Shown here piece by piece: positions 34,215 to 47,200 of a stretch of 64,000 bases of DNA. The translations under genes and the position numbers were made by a program. The stretch's first letter is position 1. Every line of letters begins with the position of its first letter. The stretch is from Tubulanus polymorphus. Its lineage: Eukaryota; Animalia; Nemertea. The notes under the pieces are model-generated. The model was not told where the DNA came from and searched no databases. It saw only the letters and a program-made list of their open reading frames with translations. The DNA lies in NCBI RefSeq assembly GCF_964204645.1, contig NC_134026.1, positions 7,029,950 through 7,093,949 on the forward strand, read 5' to 3'.

Positions 34215-37075
34215 TTATTGCCCATTTAGAGTTTTAGCTTTTTGTAAATTATGTTGCACAGCATTTAACAATAATTCAATCCAAGCAGCATCAGATTCTG
34301 AACTCAAATGACCTTGCTTAACAAACTCTATTGTATTATTCAACATCTCAGCATTTTCATTCATCTGCAAATTGAAAATAGACGATCATTGGTTAATTAA
34401 CACAAATTCCCAGTAATTCACCACTGCTGCATAAGCCAACAGTGAGAGAATAGTTCTTCATTGAGTCGATAGATGGCAGTTTGATCGGCTACCGAATGAT
34501 ACTTTAGATTCCTGGGCTGGTTGCACAGGCCAAGTCCAAAAGTGGTCTTAAATCTTAAGACTGGTCTCAAATTGTTACATTGGCTACAGAACTAAGTTGG
34601 TCTTAAACGCCCTGAAATGTCCAGATTATGAATAAATGAATTCGATTAGTTTACCTGTATAAGAGCGACGGTGTGATTGATCGGTGGATATAAACTCATA
34701 GCCAGATCGTCTGTAACCGGACTCAAACATTTCAATCTCTCGTTTAAATCATCTAAATCATGAATCACAAGCATCGAATCACAGTCAATCGTCCTCAATA
34801 CAGTCGTTAATTTCTTTAATAATCCACGCGTGCATTTCATTAATCCGATACAAGATGTGACGAACGAACGATCGCTTTCAGACCAGATTACCAGATCATC
34901 CTCTCCACCACCACCGTCATCTTCAACTGCTGCTCCGTCTTCACTATTCATTGCCTGAAAAATAAAAACATAACTCTCACATATTTTCATTGAAATAAAT
35001 TTCTTTGTCATCTATTTTAGAAATTATGATCGATCCAACAATTGATGAAATCTAAGTTTATTATTCTGACGGTTTTCAGGTTTATCTAAATTCCTCTTCT
35101 GATAAACAATAATTATCGCAATGACGCATATCAGTTTTAAAAAAGTCTTTAAACATTAATTACTGTTTTTTAGAAATCTAATTTATCTAAATAAACTCTA
35201 AATATCATCATTGTGGCATTGTTTATTTTCCCTACATCACAGAGAATAGATCAGTATTGACAGTATTGAATAATTTATAATCAATTTAAAAACACAAAAG
35301 TTTTGCAAGTCAATCGAGGAGGAAGCTCTTTGAACAGAAAGGCAGTTTATAAATTGCTCAAATCATCATCGTTATCGTCATTTTTTATTATCAGTTTATC
35401 ACATCTTTTCAAAATGATTTTAAATCATCCAATATCCATTGCCTAAAAAATTAATTCTATACAACTCAAAAAGTTCTGCAGTTTTTCAGACACAACATGC
35501 GCCAGCTTCACAGGGATCTAAAAATATAAAATTCTTACCTCTTCAAGTTCATTAATTGCATCTTTGATTAGTTCTAAATGTTCTTTCACTTGTTTCAGCA
35601 CAACTTCACGATTTGTTTTTGGCAATGATTCAAATTTTTCACACGCTTCCCATAAACAACCTGTACTCATCAATGTGCAATCTTGTGTTCTAAAAATGAA
35701 TGAATAAAACACTTTAACACATGAAAATTGAGAATCAATGAAGTAAGTTTTTAGAGTCACACTCTGACGATCTATCATCGCCACATCATCTGAAGTCATC
35801 TCTATTTTGAGTCTTAACTTATATTTTTCAAATTCAATTGGAAAGTGCAGGTCATCATTTTGGGGTTATTCATTTATTGCGTACGCATTGGAGTAGGGGC
35901 TGTGCAAATTTTTGTACTGTAATGCCTGATGTATATGAAAAAGTGGGCGGTCGAAAAATTTCAAATTTACGTAATAAATGAATGGTCCCTTTGGATCATT
36001 AGTCATCATGATCATCACAACTATAACGACTCAAAGCAGTGAGTTACACTGCATTCTGCTTTTACCCACTGAATCCTTGTGTTTTGATACATTCAGCTAA
36101 AGACGAAACTCCCTCTATTATCAATAAAACACTATCTGTGACACTTTTCAGTAGACATTCTCCTGAAATTATAGAGTAATATTCATAAACACCGAATCCA
36201 ATTTCAGCGCAGTAGACAGGGTTGATCCTAGTTCAGAGCAGCAGACTGGCCTGAATCTAATCCCTTACCGTGTATTTTTGGTAACGTGTAATAAATCGAA
36301 ATTAAAGCCAAAGTCGTTTTTTCGATGGTTGAAATCATTGTTTGACAATCCTGAAATAGATGAGAGATTTCGATTTGAAAATGAAGGTCAGATTTAAGCA
36401 GAGGAAAAAGTAGTCTGAATACCAGTCGTTGTTACAGGTTCCCTACTAGTTGTTTGGGGAACAACGGCTAGGTACTAGACTAAGGAAAAAGAAGCTCCAG
36501 TTTGCTCAAGATGTTTACTCACCGTGGGTGTTGGAACTGGTGGTTCAGAAAAGACTAGAACTAATTTCGTACATTCCTTCGAAAGACATTTAACTGCAAC
36601 GTCTACAAAAAACATCAAACTAAGTTAAAAAATTATACGATATAAAGTTGATGTAACCAAGTAACTAACTGTGTGTGAAAGCTAAAAAAAATTGAAAATG
36701 GAATTTTCAAAAAAGGGACAATTTTAGAATTCAGTAAAACCCAAAATGCATGCAGCCAAATTTCATACATACTTATTCTTTGCCAGAAGTTATCCAGATC
36801 AAATCCATCTGCGACGCGATCTACCACTCCATCTAAAAAAGTGAAGTTTTAGCAATAAACTTGATTTGGATTTCGTCAAAATCTCAGGGTACGCAAATTA
36901 ACGGTTTCATGCTAAATTGTAGGGAATAAAGGCATGACAGCAATTGTAAAATGACGATGGAATTCAACTCTAAGTATATAATGATAAAAGAAAGCTTACT
37001 GCGCAACTGATCGGTTACAAGAGCGAGATTTTCGATAAAAGATGAAAAAATTTCGATCGTCGTGGGCGCTGCCAT
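34215..37075 (-). CDS. CCNDBP1: Cyclin-D1-binding protein 1 (GCIP) homolog, complete, 8 coding exons
   Basis: Exons 37000-37075, 36773-36832 (FWQRI), 36523-36602 (SKECTKLVLVFSEPPVP), 36269-36350, 36066-36162, 35539-35689 (TGCLWEAC...LIKDAINELEE), 34655-34954 (WSESDR...DDLAMSLYPP), 34215-34364 (WIELLLNAVQHN); phases consistent. Confidence 0.92.
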
Positions 37076-37535
37076 ATTGGATCGATCGGGTTCGAATCCC
37101 ACGTCTACCCTCACTCGCCAGGGACAAAACCGGAGCCTCCCTTACGTGCACAATGTCATCATGCCGACTAATACCAATTGAACCTAGTCATAAAGAACAC
37201 GGAAATAACAATTCAACAGTATTTATTTCGTCGAATTATTGTCTAAATATAGATTTCATCCTTCAGTTCAATTCACTTTCACACAGGAAATAATAAACTA
37301 TTGGTGGTTATTACGAGATTTTCTGTCCCGTTGGTCCTCGGAGCAAGGTTCCACTGTAGTCTTACATTCCAGCAACAATAATTCAAAACCACAAACAGTA
37401 AACGAATACTTTCGTAACGATAAATCAGAGATTTAATTAGCAATTTAAGAACAATTAAGTCGACACAACCTACTTCAATTAAGAGTCACTAAATAAAGCT
37501 ATAATTCTGGTTATAACAACCAGTGAGGCGATTTG

Positions 37536-40500
37536 TCAAGAATCCGCTTTATCATTCAGTAAAGTAGATCTATCAATTCCCCTCCCTCCTCTACTGCCGC
37601 GTCCCCCGTGGCTTCTAACCCGAGGAGCCCCTCTACTGAAGCCCCTACCCCTATGATGACTAGATGGTCTTTTATCTACACTATCGTTGACCTCATTCCG
37701 GTCATAATTTCTATAGGTCGTGTAGCAGCGCCCCCTGGTAGATGCCCGTCTACCCGGCGCCCTTCCTCTCAGAGATCTTTCATGGTTATCTACTGCTTGT
37801 TGTATTTTCTGATTCTCCTCTGAAGCTGTTCCTGTCTCAGTTCGTTTATTTTCAGCTGTCGCCACAAATGTTATTTTGTTAACGCTATTCGTCTGCCAAT
37901 CACGTTTCACTTCACTGCCACCAGGGGTTTCTGTACCACGATCATTGTTTTTAAATTGTCTTTCTCTGCGTCCCCTACCATATTGAGTAGTCCGATTATT
38001 TCTATGTCGGTTCTCATGACTGCCACTAGGGGTCTCACAATCATGGGCTTGTCTATCGCTACATCGCTTCCTTTCATTGCCACTAGGCGTCTCACAATCA
38101 CGGGCTTGCTTATTACTACATCGGTTTTTCTGATTATCAAAAGGTGTCTCACTATCTCGGCTCTGTCTATTCCGCTTCTCATGACTGCCACTAGGTGTCT
38201 CACAATCTCGGGCTTGTTTATCACTATATCGGTTTCGGGTTTGTTTATCACTATATTGGTTTCGCTGATTGCCAATAGGGGTCTCACCATCACGGCTCTG
38301 TCTATGTGTCTCACTATCTCGAGCTAGTTTATAACTACACCGGTTCTCCTTATTGCCACTTGGTGTCTCACAATCTCGGCTCTGTCCTTGCCGGTTCTCC
38401 TGTCTGTCACTAGGTGTCTCTTTCCTCCTAAAACCACGATCATTCCGGCTGTAACATTTTTCCCGGTTGCTGTAGTAGTCATTCTTGCGTCTGTTACCGT
38501 GGTAATCATTGCGCCTGTATTGTTCCGATGATTTTGATCGCGTTTTACTGTGATCTGGATTCTCGGGAATATCGACGTCAGGAAGAGGTACAGCAATCGA
38601 CACCGTATCACCGTCCTTAAAAACATACAAAATCTTAGAAAATAAGACAGACATATTTTCAAAATTAAAATGTTTTTTAATCTGATGAAAAAAAACCCCT
38701 ATTACCTGAACTAAGAACTTGTTGCTCTCTTCTTCCACGTCAATGATACCACCGCGTGATTTCTGTTTCGCGTATAGTTCGGCCATTTTTTTCTGCATTG
38801 CTACAATATCGTTGCTAGGTTGATATATCAGATCGTCGGCCGCTGGTTCGCTGCTCGTCGGATTATCAAGAATTTCTTCTACGCACGACGTGATTGGTTG
38901 ACGGCATGTCGGACAAAGAACCTAAATTTATAATTAAATTGAGTAACACGTAAATTAAAAGATTCTTTTGAGAAATGTGACTGCACTCGTGGTGACTTAA
39001 GTTACCTTGGTTATCTAAACTAAACTAACTAAACATTTACTTCTTTAACAGAGAGAGAGAGAGGGATATGGAAAATTTGATGGCGAGGGACAGAAGAGAG
39101 AGAGGGACAGATGGAGGGAGAGGAGAGTGATGGAGAAAAGGCGAGGGAGAGAAGAGAGAGGGACACATAGAGAAGAGAGAGATGGAGAATAGAGAGGAAG
39201 GTGAAAAGGAAAAGTGGGATGATATCAAAACGAACCTGTTTAGTTTTCTCTTGTTGTTTATGAGGTAGAATTTGTAGATGATTTTCATCATCATCATCAT
39301 CGGTATTAAGTAAACAGAACGTCACGTATCTCTGTAGACAGTGTTTATGTAGATAGTGATAACAGGGAGTCTTCGTGAATTCCGAATCAGAGTGAAAATG
39401 TTCCAGACAAACGACGCACGGACAATGAGGAATATTACTGTCGGTTAACAATTCTTTAGATATCTACAATTCAAACATATGACGTACATCATTTACACCA
39501 GTATACGTATATTAATTAGACAATAATCAATCTGCACCTTGGAACCTTCACCACTTCATACATTCATCATTCATCATTAGTATAAAGGATTGATGAACAG
39601 TTTTGAGAATTTACTGACAAAATGTCTAATGTCTGGTTGGACTCCGTGTCTGCTGCTTGAGGTTGTGAACACATGCGAGTGTTTGGGCGAACAGTTTTTG
39701 AAAGTGTGCTCAAAAAACGAATTTTTAGTGTTTGTAGTTTATTTTCAATTAAAAATGTCTAAGGTGAAGACGTACTGACCACATGTGAAATAAGGACGAA
39801 CAGTTTTTGAAAGCGCACTGATAAAATGTCTAATGTTTGGTATTTCAAGTTGATATTCAATCGAAAATGTTTCAGGTGAAGTTCTGAACACATGTGGGTG
39901 AAGTGTTGACGATCAGTTTTTTGAAAGTTTGCTGTCAAAATGTCTAAGTTTGGGTTTTTGTAGTTCACTTTCAATTAAACTCATGATGGTGAATGGTGAA
40001 CCCATTTGAAGTGTGGATGATCACAAATTGGTATAGAGGTGATAAACTGTTGAATGTTTGATTGAGCGCAGGGTCCAGGCTAAGAGCATACACACTTCAG
40101 ACAGCAGATTAAATTGAAAGATTCTAATCAAATTTTACCTCAATCAATTCATATAACATCGGGTTCCCTCGACTATTCACAGCATGTTCATACAGTCTCC
40201 TGTGTAAACTGAAACAACAACAAAATCGCTATGAAATAAAAAGACAGTTTGTAAGGAAGATTTAACACAATTCACTTCTTACCCAATAATCTCTTCATCA
40301 GCCAAACCCCTCGGGTTCTTAATTTCAATTCCTGGTAATTCATTAGGATACTGAAATACAAAAATATTTCTCAGATAATTATTGTTTTAGTGAAAGTGGA
40401 CCCTATGTAAAACTGTCACTGCCATATGACAATTGAAACTGCATCTGTTATCAATAATCATGCTTATTCAATTAACCAACTTTTGAGCAACTGACCCCGA

Positions 40501-41524
40501 CTACTAAATTCTAGTTACCTGTTGATTTAATGTTAATACTAAAGTTAAACAGACATATTGCTTGTCAGGATCATCTGCTGTAGCTGGATGCAACAACACA
40601 GAAACTATATCTGGAAAACCGCTGAAAGAGGGTATAAAATATAAACATCTTAAATCAGTGAATTCATGAGACTTTGAGATTAACTGCAGTTTAGGAGTCA
40701 TCCCCTAAGGCAATAGTTTTAGGTCAGCCGCTAATGTTACTTCAAGGATCAGTTTTATCCATATTGGACATTCATCACCAGTATAAACAACACCCAGGGT
40801 CTAGTCTTCCAAAAGATTGAAACCAGGTAAGTAGCCTCTAATAATCACAGGGGCTCATATTTGAAGTTTGGAGCTGAATAGTAGCTTAGGTCATTTAGTC
40901 CCAGGATCCTTCTACAGTGGACCTTGTTTTAACGACTTTGGGTATTAACGATCGACACCCAACATAGGAAAATTTCAATACTTTAGATACTAGCGAATAA
41001 TTTATATACTAACGAACAGATTAACTGTTATAACAAACAGATTTTCTGGTACTCTGGAAATTTGTTGTTGCGCTGTGAGCAGTCATCCTAATTACCGAGA
41101 TCAGCGTATTTACCGAGATCAACTGATATCGACCGAATTAAACCAAAGATTTTGAGTTTTTTCTACTTGAAACTAGACCCTCAACTGAACTGCGGTGGTT
41201 CTGATATTGATAAACATTCTCACCTGGTTTCAGATCGTGTTATAGTTAACTCGTGAATGTAAATAGCTTCCAACAACTGTAATTCCTCTTCTAGTGCTGA
41301 ACTGAAAATAAATCAAATCGAATTCAATAAATACTGAACAATTTTAAGGTGAAATTCTTTTAAGTTTAACAATTGATCGTTAATGAAACCAGAATAAAAC
41401 ACTAGAACGATACAAACACTTCATCGGACAGGTCATACTGTGAACTGTTATATGTTTTGTCGGTCTCAATATCAGATTTTTCGTTCGGCTTTTCAGGGAG
41501 AGTGGAACTAGCGGCCGTGGCCAT
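37536..41524 (-). CDS. RNF25: E3 ubiquitin ligase RNF25 (RWD + RING-H2) with long low-complexity C-terminus
   Basis: Exons 41439-41524, 41224-41301 (EEELQLLEAIY), 40519-40621 (LHPATADDPDKQYVCLTL), 40283-40350 (YPNELP..IKNPRGL), 40139-40208 (MLYELIE), 39236-39463 (LTDSNIPHCPCVVCL...FTKTPCYHYLHKHCL), 38706-38921 (CPTCR...QKSRGGIID), 37536-38615. Exon 1 donor is the least certain. Confidence 0.94.
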
Positions 41525-42378
41525 TTTGGAAATCTGCGGCGACATACGAGGGTGGCTCCGACTGTCACATGCCAGAGACTGAACGGCTGACTACGAACAT
41601 TCGGCATCGCGCGTTTTCGATAGAAGTCCAATTTCAAATCAACTGCCATAGACATGACATGGAGAGCTACGGTGAACAAATATCATCACTCTGACCACAA
41701 AAAAGTACTAACCGGACGATTAAAAATTTCCCTAAGAACAATGGCACGGCCGGGGTGCCCGTGGCGGCCGCAGCACTAGCGGAGAGGAGCCGTAAAATCC
41801 GCAATAGATCCCATGGGCCCCGGGCCCAGTTTCAGGAAATCGATTTAATGTCTTCATTAATTCGCTTTTTAAAATCGTTACCAGAGCGAGTGCCCGTGCC
41901 CGTGCCACTTAGGATTTCATTTTTACCGGCATGGAATCGTGTGGTTGCTTTTATTGGATCTATGGGCTTTGTTACGTGAACAAAATAAATCTTGAAAATA
42001 AAATAGATCTTGAAAATAAACAACAGATTACAAAGTTGAACTGATCAGCAGGATTCAATTGAATTCTTCCGTTGTTGCACCAGTTGGTTTTTCGCCCTGA
42101 CATGTGCGTGAATTGTTAGGCTTCAGTTATTATGTACACCGAGGGAGTGTGAACAAATACGTACTGTGCAACTACAGTGAAACCGCATCGGGCCGCCCGA
42201 CCCGGAGGATAGCGGTCAGTCAAAGGTAATTAAATCAATCATTACATAAAACGGGCTTCGAATCACTAATTTCATTACCACCTCAACCACACGCCGGCCA
42301 AATTGTATGACTTCGGGTCCCAAATCTGACCGCGAATATCTTGTAATCGTTTCAATTTAGGTTGGAAGAATCGCAAGA

Positions 42379-43439
42379 ATGGATAGATATAGCACCAGAA
42401 GATCGTCAAAATCGAATTACATTCGATCCAAATTAGAATTGAATATTCAACATATGAATTCACGAGAAATCGAAATATTTTGGAAAATCATCCCCTACAA
42501 CAGTGACAACAATGAAGAACACGTAGATTGTTTCAGTCTGGATGTGACGAATATTACTGCCGATTTTAAACGATACAGTTTTAATGATATCACTAATGAT
42601 ACCGTCCGTTTTAGAATCCCGTCTCTGACCCCCGGATGCAGATATAGAATGAGATTACGAGCTTTGAAACAGACAAGCAACCCGGGTGATTCAAATCCGA
42701 ACACTAACAGGGCTCTATTCGTGAGCAACGCTCTACATATCGATGCGGTCTATAACATCCGAGAACTGACCTGTCTGATGGAGAAAGCTTTGCGTTACAT
42801 AGCACGAAATAAAAACTCTTGCGGCACCGCCGAATTTCGACGATGTGAATTTCTGTATCGGAACAAATCTGACGAATATTTCAGTAAAATTCGACTCGAT
42901 TCGGATGGAATTATGCGCCCCTATATAAAAGATGGCAATGGCGACCCAGCGTCGCCGATAAATAATCGCGTAGACGGGTTGTTTTTTGCGACTTGGGTCG
43001 ACCCGAAAACAGGTCAACCACCGCTGATTTCTCCATACGGCGAGCTCCGTTTACATATCCCGGCTTCTAGACTTTTCAAAACTAGCTGCAATCTATATTT
43101 CGCAGATTTCTATTGCGTTTTCCAAGACCACTTTATCATATCAGTTCTAAAAGTGGAAGCCGAGCCGATGAATTCTGTTCCACAAACCTCATTCGGCTGA
43201 ATCTCGACGATAATGACTTTCTCTATTGGGATGCTAGGGTTGAAAGTCTAATGGTAACTAGGGCGATTTCTGTTGAAGTAATGTACACTGAAGATGTGGA
43301 TATTACTGAAGAATTGGGACATGGAGGTTTTTTTCGTAGTACCACGTTAGAACTACATTCGGCGGCGTCCCATCATAAGCAACCTTCCTGCACTAGTTGT
43401 AATATCTATACGAATACAAATGAAGGCTCTTTGATTTAG
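42379..43439 (+). pseudogene. Intronless PHYHIP/PHYHIPL-like gene with one frameshift near 43145 (pseudogene or assembly error)
   Basis: FN3-like N-terminus (LTPGCRYRMRL), then LYRNK..YF, YIKDGNGDPASPINNRVDGLFF, SPYGELRL, NLYFADFYC; the continuation GSRADEFC...VEVMYTEDVDI...CTSCNI is in the next ORF 43113..43439. Confidence 0.85.
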
Positions 43440-44274
43440 AAAAGCAGGCCTCTGCCTAGGGAGGGGGTGTGCGGGGTTGGGTGCGAACGAAAATGTATTA
43501 GATTACTAATGTTTCATCAGTGACATTCGCTTTGTTATATAAGATTTTTACTAAGATTGGCCAGAAATGCATCTAAAACGCTTCAAATAAATATGTTTAA
43601 CAATTTTTCTAGGGGGGATTCAAACCCCCGTAGAGTGCTTCGCGCCCGCGGCGCGCGGATCGCCAGGGACCGTCGCCAAATAAGTTACGCGTTTCGCAGC
43701 CACCCAGAGCCACTCATTTACGATTAAGACGGGTATTTTGGATTGAAATCGTGACGGATTTAATCAAATTAAAAATAAATAATGGAAACGGGTTTAATGT
43801 AAGTGTAAGAATGATTATTGAAAAATGTTATAATCGAAAGTTGTAAGACTTATGTTTATTGTAGTCGTTCATTGTATTTTGTTGAAAATTCAACGTAATT
43901 CTATCTGCATTTATGAAAATAAAATCTATTTTTTTTAGAAGAAAAATATATTTCTTTCTAAATTAATCTTGCTGTTTGTTAGGGTTTTGACTTCTGACTC
44001 GCGAGCTCGCGATTCGCGCCTCAACAACTTTCGACCAATGAACGCGCACTGCCGTTGGGGTTCGAGTCCTATAATTCAAAAATATTTTCTATGAATTGAA
44101 TAGAAATGAATTGAATTGAAATAGAAATGAATTGTACGATTACCTATACTTTTAAATAGTTTTTGCTGTTGTGAAATACATCATTTTTACTAACGGCATC
44201 CTACTTCTTCAAGGATGCTTGTTCGGGGATATCCAGAAGTTACTGGGTTAATTGGGATCATGTGACATTTCAAG

Positions 44275-47200
44275 ATGGCGGCCTCCATGGAATTGACGTT
44301 TCTGTTTCTACTGTGTTGTTTTTCTCTGAAAATAGCCGCATCAACTCGTCACGGATCCGTTGTTTTAGTTAAGAACGGTGTAAATGGAGACTATGGTTTG
44401 AAGTATTATGATCGATACGTTGCCGGCGCGGCAGCAGTTGGAAATTTTACTGATGATATCAATAAAACCGGGTAAGATTTATCTTTTTATTTTATCTTGG
44501 TGAGGTGTAGCGTTGTGATCAGGTGATATTGATCATCAGCTGACGCACAAACCGTGCCGTATCAGCTGATAGTTCTCATACTATCTTATTTGATGTCATC
44601 GTCACAATCAGATATTTTATTTCACAATAGTCTATCAAATTTCATTTGTTTCAGCACGAACATTCTATCAAAGGGGTTAGCATACCCGTAACCTTTAATA
44701 AAAACTATATCCATGCATGTGACGATAATGTGTGGAGTGTCCTACAATGATAAAAATAATACAAAAGATATGTAGAAAAAATAATATAAAGTTTGAAAAA
44801 ATCTTTTTGAGCTTTGCCTAGTATATTACCCAACAAATGGATACTGCTACAGTTCTCTAGAGTTACAACATTATTGGAAATAAACGCATTTTAACCCACA
44901 AAGAAACCTAAGTGTGAGCCGTCTTACTGGGTCCTGAACATCAAAACAAACACAATAAGATTGCTGATGATAAGCTTTAATAAAATTCCTTTCCTCATAG
45001 TGTATTTAAGTTGGGGGCCAGGGTCGTATATCCTCCTATGATGCAGTACAAGATCTGTAGCGGAGTGTGTGATAAGCAGTGATGCTGAGAGATTTGAGTC
45101 CTGCTGGCTGCTTTGAGTGTGCGGGCAACACTCAAAGGATCCCATTGTGAGCTTAAGTGAGGAATTGGGAAACGAAGTCTTGGAAACGAAGATCTAATAA
45201 AGCAAAAACAAATATTTTCGGATTGTGATTCACTTTTGGAAGCTGCATTCTGTTTGAATATGTGTTATTTTTGTATGATTTTTAAGGTGGTCATTTTTGG
45301 ATATATCGACGGACGCTGGCGCCGATGATATGACGCAAGCTTACAGCGCTGGAGTTCTCGAGTCTCACTTAACGCGTATCAGAATCGCTCAACACTGGAA
45401 CAATACAATGAGAGATTACTGTAAGAAGCCGTACACCGGTTACTGCACTCGTCTACAGTCATTCCTCATCAATAATACCAACTGGATTCAACAACAAATC
45501 AAACAGAATCAAAACGATTCGTTTTGGCATCAGGTAGAATTAGAGGTTTACGGTATTCTTAAAAAATCGATATGTGAAACTTCATAAATATGATGAATTT
45601 ATTGTTAGCTCATTTCCAAACTTGTCAATTAAGTTTGACTATCATCAGAAAGTTAGTTCATTTCCAATGTTTTCTAACTGTTGAGTTAATTCTTAACCTA
45701 GAACCGGGACTCAGTTCCACATTTCTTGGTAAAGAGTTGATTGTATAGAGTAAGATAATTCCATTTCAAATGTTTCAACTTTTAACCGACAGAAATGTGG
45801 AACTGGATCCTCTATCACAGATGTTTTGTAATTGATTAATTGAATCTCTGAATTTCAGATAGCTTTGATTTATTCTCAAATCAACGGAATCATTGATGGA
45901 TTCATGAATAAAACAGGGAAACCACGAACTACTATTGATGATCCTTTGGGTCTGTTGTAAGTGATTATTTCAATTTCAGATCGAGATTTGGTTTCAATAG
46001 CAAAGTTACTGTCTAGATATTAAGAAATAATCACAATTGATAGAAACTTTAATTCAAGTTTCATTGATATTTTAACATTTTGAAAATGGCCCATTGAGTA
46101 TTTGAATGAAAACTGTAGATTTAGATTTAATTTTCTCATGAATAAAGATTTATATTTTACAGTCTATTCTATATTGGGGGAGACACTGAAGACTTGGAAC
46201 CTGCTTTGAAGAAACCGAATTTGAAGCGAATTCTAGGATCTGGATCGTGTTCGGCATTGATTAAATTACTTCCTGGAAACAGTGATCTATTAGTAGCACA
46301 GGATACATGGAACGGTTATGAGAGTATGCTGAGAATTATTAAACGATATCATTTCTCATATAGATTAAACTCAGATCCCAGTAAGTGAAAAAAAAACATC
46401 TATTCATTGCAGAGATTTATACATATCATGAGTTTTTACGTTGAGAACATGTTAATCAGATCCGGGAATTTTCATAGATCTGTGTTTGACTGTATAGTTA
46501 AAATGAACAGGATTCAGTTTCAAGGTCCTAGGTTTAATTTGACCATGGACTCATTGCTTTTCCAAGAGTCCATGATTTGACTAGTTCATTACCAATGTTT
46601 TAACTCTAGAGTCAAAGTTTGATTGACGACTGTGTAATTGGAACCTTCATATTGTTTTGTTTGACAGAATCTGGATCAGTTGCGTCAAAGATGATTTCAT
46701 TTTCAAGTTATCCTGGAGCAGTTTTCTCAGGAGATGATTTCTATATCACAGATGCTGGATTGGTGAGTACCTGTAACTACCATTAAACAGGGACTCTTCC
46801 AACTTCCACAGTTTAACTGGAGCCACTTCCACAGTTAAACTGGATCCACTCCCACGGTTTAACTGGTTCCACTTCCACAGTTCAACTAGATCCACTTCCA
46901 CAGTTTAACTCGATCAACTTCCACAGTTAAACTGAATCTGTCGAGTTCACTAGGCTTGAATTAGATGAAGGGCGGAGGGGGTATCAAACTTGTACTAGAT
47001 GAACCCTTACCATAATTGTAATTAGGGCCTACCATTAGTGGGAATTAAGAGATATTGTGAAATGTCCCCTAGTGTTCGCCAGTCATTGAAACTGGAGAGT
47101 CAGTTATCACCAGCACTCAGTGTGAATCTTACTATGTTTAACGTAAAACATCACTAAAAGCTTTATCTTCAGGGAGGTCTCGTAGCTATGGAAACTGGGA

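Noticed and set aside
37907-38662. Alternative-frame and antisense ORFs in the RNF25 last exon
   Set aside because: Shadow ORFs of the repetitive coding sequence.
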